Shown here piece after piece: positions 25,645 to 27,151 of a stretch of 27,151 nucleotides of DNA (position 1 is its first letter; every line of letters starts with the position of its first letter). The DNA is taken from the IMG/VR virus record IMGVR_UViG_3300034104_003596, positions 1 to 27,151 of that record, one strand, 5' to 3'. The position numbers and the translations under genes were made by a program. The DNA comes from a virus. Taxonomy: Duplodnaviria > Caudoviricetes. Under the pieces are notes generated by a model. That model had not been told where the DNA came from. It worked only from the letters and a program-made list of their open reading frames with translations, and did not search any database.

Positions 25645-26391
25645 TTACAGCTCTTCTACTTTATATTTGTTTCCAGAAGCGTCCAGCTTCCAACCTTGCT
25701 TAAGCAAGTCTTGCCACTCTGCTCGTTCAATCTCTTGTTGCGCTCTAGTGGCCTTCATTTCTTCGGCCCATGCATCTCGCACCTCTTGTGGATACGCTGA
25801 CTCTTCTCTATCATCCCAGAAAGACCCAATGGTGTATCTGACCCCGCCTGTGATAAGAGAGACTTCGTGCATGTTGTTGAAGCCCCCATCAAATACAGCA
25901 AGCATTCCAACTTCTGGTTTAATCTCTAAATTTTGTGTTGGGAACCGTAAAAGCCCACCATCAAAATCATCGTTAAGATATAGAAACCCTGCGTAGCGGC
26001 TTCTTGTAAACGCACCTGAGTTTCCTTCAGCGTCTGTGTTGTCAGAGTGAATTCTTGCGTATGCTCCTGGCTCCCACTTCTGTGTGTGGTACCCAATTTT
26101 ACAAATTGTTTTTGGGTCAAGGTCGTGTACGGAAGCAATTGCTTCTGGCATTGCCTTTTCAATATCTGAAAATATGGTTGGAGATAGCCCAGCATCAATA
26201 ACCTCTTGGGCGTTATCTTGTGGCAAAACTGAAGAGTATGATTCATAGAATGATATTGGCATCCAAGAGATTGCTCCGCTGTCTGCTTGAGCATCTAGGG
26301 CTTGAATCATTTTTTTACAATCTTCTTTGCTTATAAAGTTCTCATAAACAACTATGTCTTTTGTTAGTCTTTTTTTGTTCGCTAGGTTCAT
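25645..26391 (-). CDS. 2OG-Fe(II) oxygenase, prolyl-4-hydroxylase-like
   Basis: RIHSD, AGFLYLNDDFDGG.L.F, IKPE.G and MHEV..IT.GVRYT. Confidence 0.9.
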   Translation of the reverse strand: MNLANKKRLTKDIVVYENFISKEDCKKMIQALDAQADSGAISWMPISFYESYSSVLPQDNAQEVIDAGLSPTIFSDIEKAMPEAIASVHDLDPKTICKIGYHTQKWEPGAYARIHSDNTDAEGNSGAFTRSRYAGFLYLNDDFDGGLLRFPTQNLEIKPEVGMLAVFDGGFNNMHEVSLITGGVRYTIGSFWDDREESAYPQEVRDAWAEEMKATRAQQEIERAEWQDLLKQGWKLDASGNKYKVEEL

Positions 26392-26407
26392 TGTGCCTTT
26401 ACTCCGT

Positions 26408-27151
26408 CTAGTTATTTATAAGGGATTTATCTCCAGCAATAAGCTTTTCTATTTCCTGTTGAACAAGGGCGTACTCTTCATTAAACACTTCTGTGGTTCT
26501 GCCCTCTCCCAGAGAGGCAGGTGTACCTTTAGCTATTAAGTCTTCTTTTAGTGTCTTTTCAATATCGTAGTTTAATACTGTGCATTGAAACCAGTTTGCT
26601 ACATACCCATCTCTATCAATAAGGTACTTTTCAAAGTTTCCGCCCTGCATTGCGCCATTAGCTACAGGTTGATTTAGCCAAGGCGACAGGTAACCATCTC
26701 TGTCTGGAATACCAAGTTCTTTTTGTTTTGCGGCGTACGCAAACATTTGCTCGGCTATTTCTTTATATAGCTCGTGCGTTTCTTTTCTTGGTTGACCTAA
26801 GCCGTTTACAGAGCTATTTCCCTTGTGGGGGCTAAGCTCAGTAGCACTCTCATTTGGGTTTGACGATACCATCTCTGAGAACTTAAACGTGGTTCCGTAG
26901 ACTTCTTGACCATATTCTTGTGAGTCTAAACCACAGGTAATGCCTTCAGACCACTTACCCTTAGTAACTCCTGGTCCACAGAAGTCATTGGTAGGGATAG
27001 CAATAATTTGGAAATCATCTCCACCGTACTTATCTTGAAGCCATTGAAGAACTTCCATTTGATTAGCGTTACCACAGCCTACGGTTGTATTAGCCAGTAG
27101 GGTGACTTTACCCTTAAATTGACTTAAGAAGTCAGGAGAACCCTCAGCCGA
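26408..27151 (-). CDS. Glutathione-peroxidase-fold protein (BtuE/GPx-like), 5' partial
   Basis: The frame stays open past the ORF-track start to the window edge: SAEGSPDFLSQFKGKVTLLANTTVGCGNANQMEVL..., matching GPx GKV.L..N....CG...Q. Also has IIAIPTNDF and NFEKYLIDRDG. Confidence 0.85.
   Translation of the reverse strand, partial: SAEGSPDFLSQFKGKVTLLANTTVGCGNANQMEVLQWLQDKYGGDDFQIIAIPTNDFCGPGVTKGKWSEGITCGLDSQEYGQEVYGTTFKFSEMVSSNPNESATELSPHKGNSSVNGLGQPRKETHELYKEIAEQMFAYAAKQKELGIPDRDGYLSPWLNQPVANGAMQGGNFEKYLIDRDGYVANWFQCTVLNYDIEKTLKEDLIAKGTPASLGEGRTTEVFNEEYALVQQEIEKLIAGDKSLINN

Noticed and set aside
1308-26539. All plus-strand ORFs in the track (for example 1578-1979, 2892-3257, 16791-17240, 21856-22226, 25427-25996)
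   Set aside because: They are antisense shadows of well-supported, tightly packed minus-strand genes and have no recognisable motifs.
27071-27085. Selenocysteine in the GPx-like gene
   Set aside because: The active-site codon is TGT (Cys), not TGA.
1-27151. tRNA, rRNA, CRISPR array, intron or intein, or stop-codon reassignment
   Set aside because: Intergenic gaps are too short and no cloverleaf or repeat-spacer pattern was seen. Conserved genes are uninterrupted and full length in the standard code, with all three stop codons used.

Overview
This window is a segment of a tailed dsDNA phage genome with a contractile tail (myovirus morphotype). All credible genes lie on the minus strand, and many are translationally coupled. 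In transcription order (right to left): (1) a six-gene enzyme cassette of an atypical glutathione-peroxidase-fold protein (partial), three tandem prolyl-4-hydroxylase-like 2OG-Fe(II) oxygenases, an SDR and a GT32-type glycosyltransferase; (2) head-tail joining genes, interrupted by three unannotated Lys-rich micro-ORFs and an intrinsic terminator; (3) a tail and baseplate module with terminator, sheath, T4-gp19-like tube, tail assembly chaperone with a probable +1 frameshift, tape measure with a lytic transglycosylase domain, tube initiator, LysM protein, hub, an OB-fold-only gp5/gpV, gp25, baseplate J, fibres and a P2-gpI-like wedge protein; (4) a holin-like membrane protein; (5) the start of a replication module with a wHTH initiator, a DnaC-like loader and a SWIM zinc finger. 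The gene content and modest GC (about 40% by eye, not computed) suggest a freshwater phage of low-GC Actinobacteria, but the host is an inference. The most notable items are the UUU-CGU +1 frameshift candidate, a Cys-rich fibre tip with two linked small genes, the hydroxylase/glycosyltransferase/peroxidase cassette, the micro-protein trio (one with a HypB-like N-terminus), and one small beta-domain reused in three tail proteins. All family calls come from motif recognition; no database searches were run.
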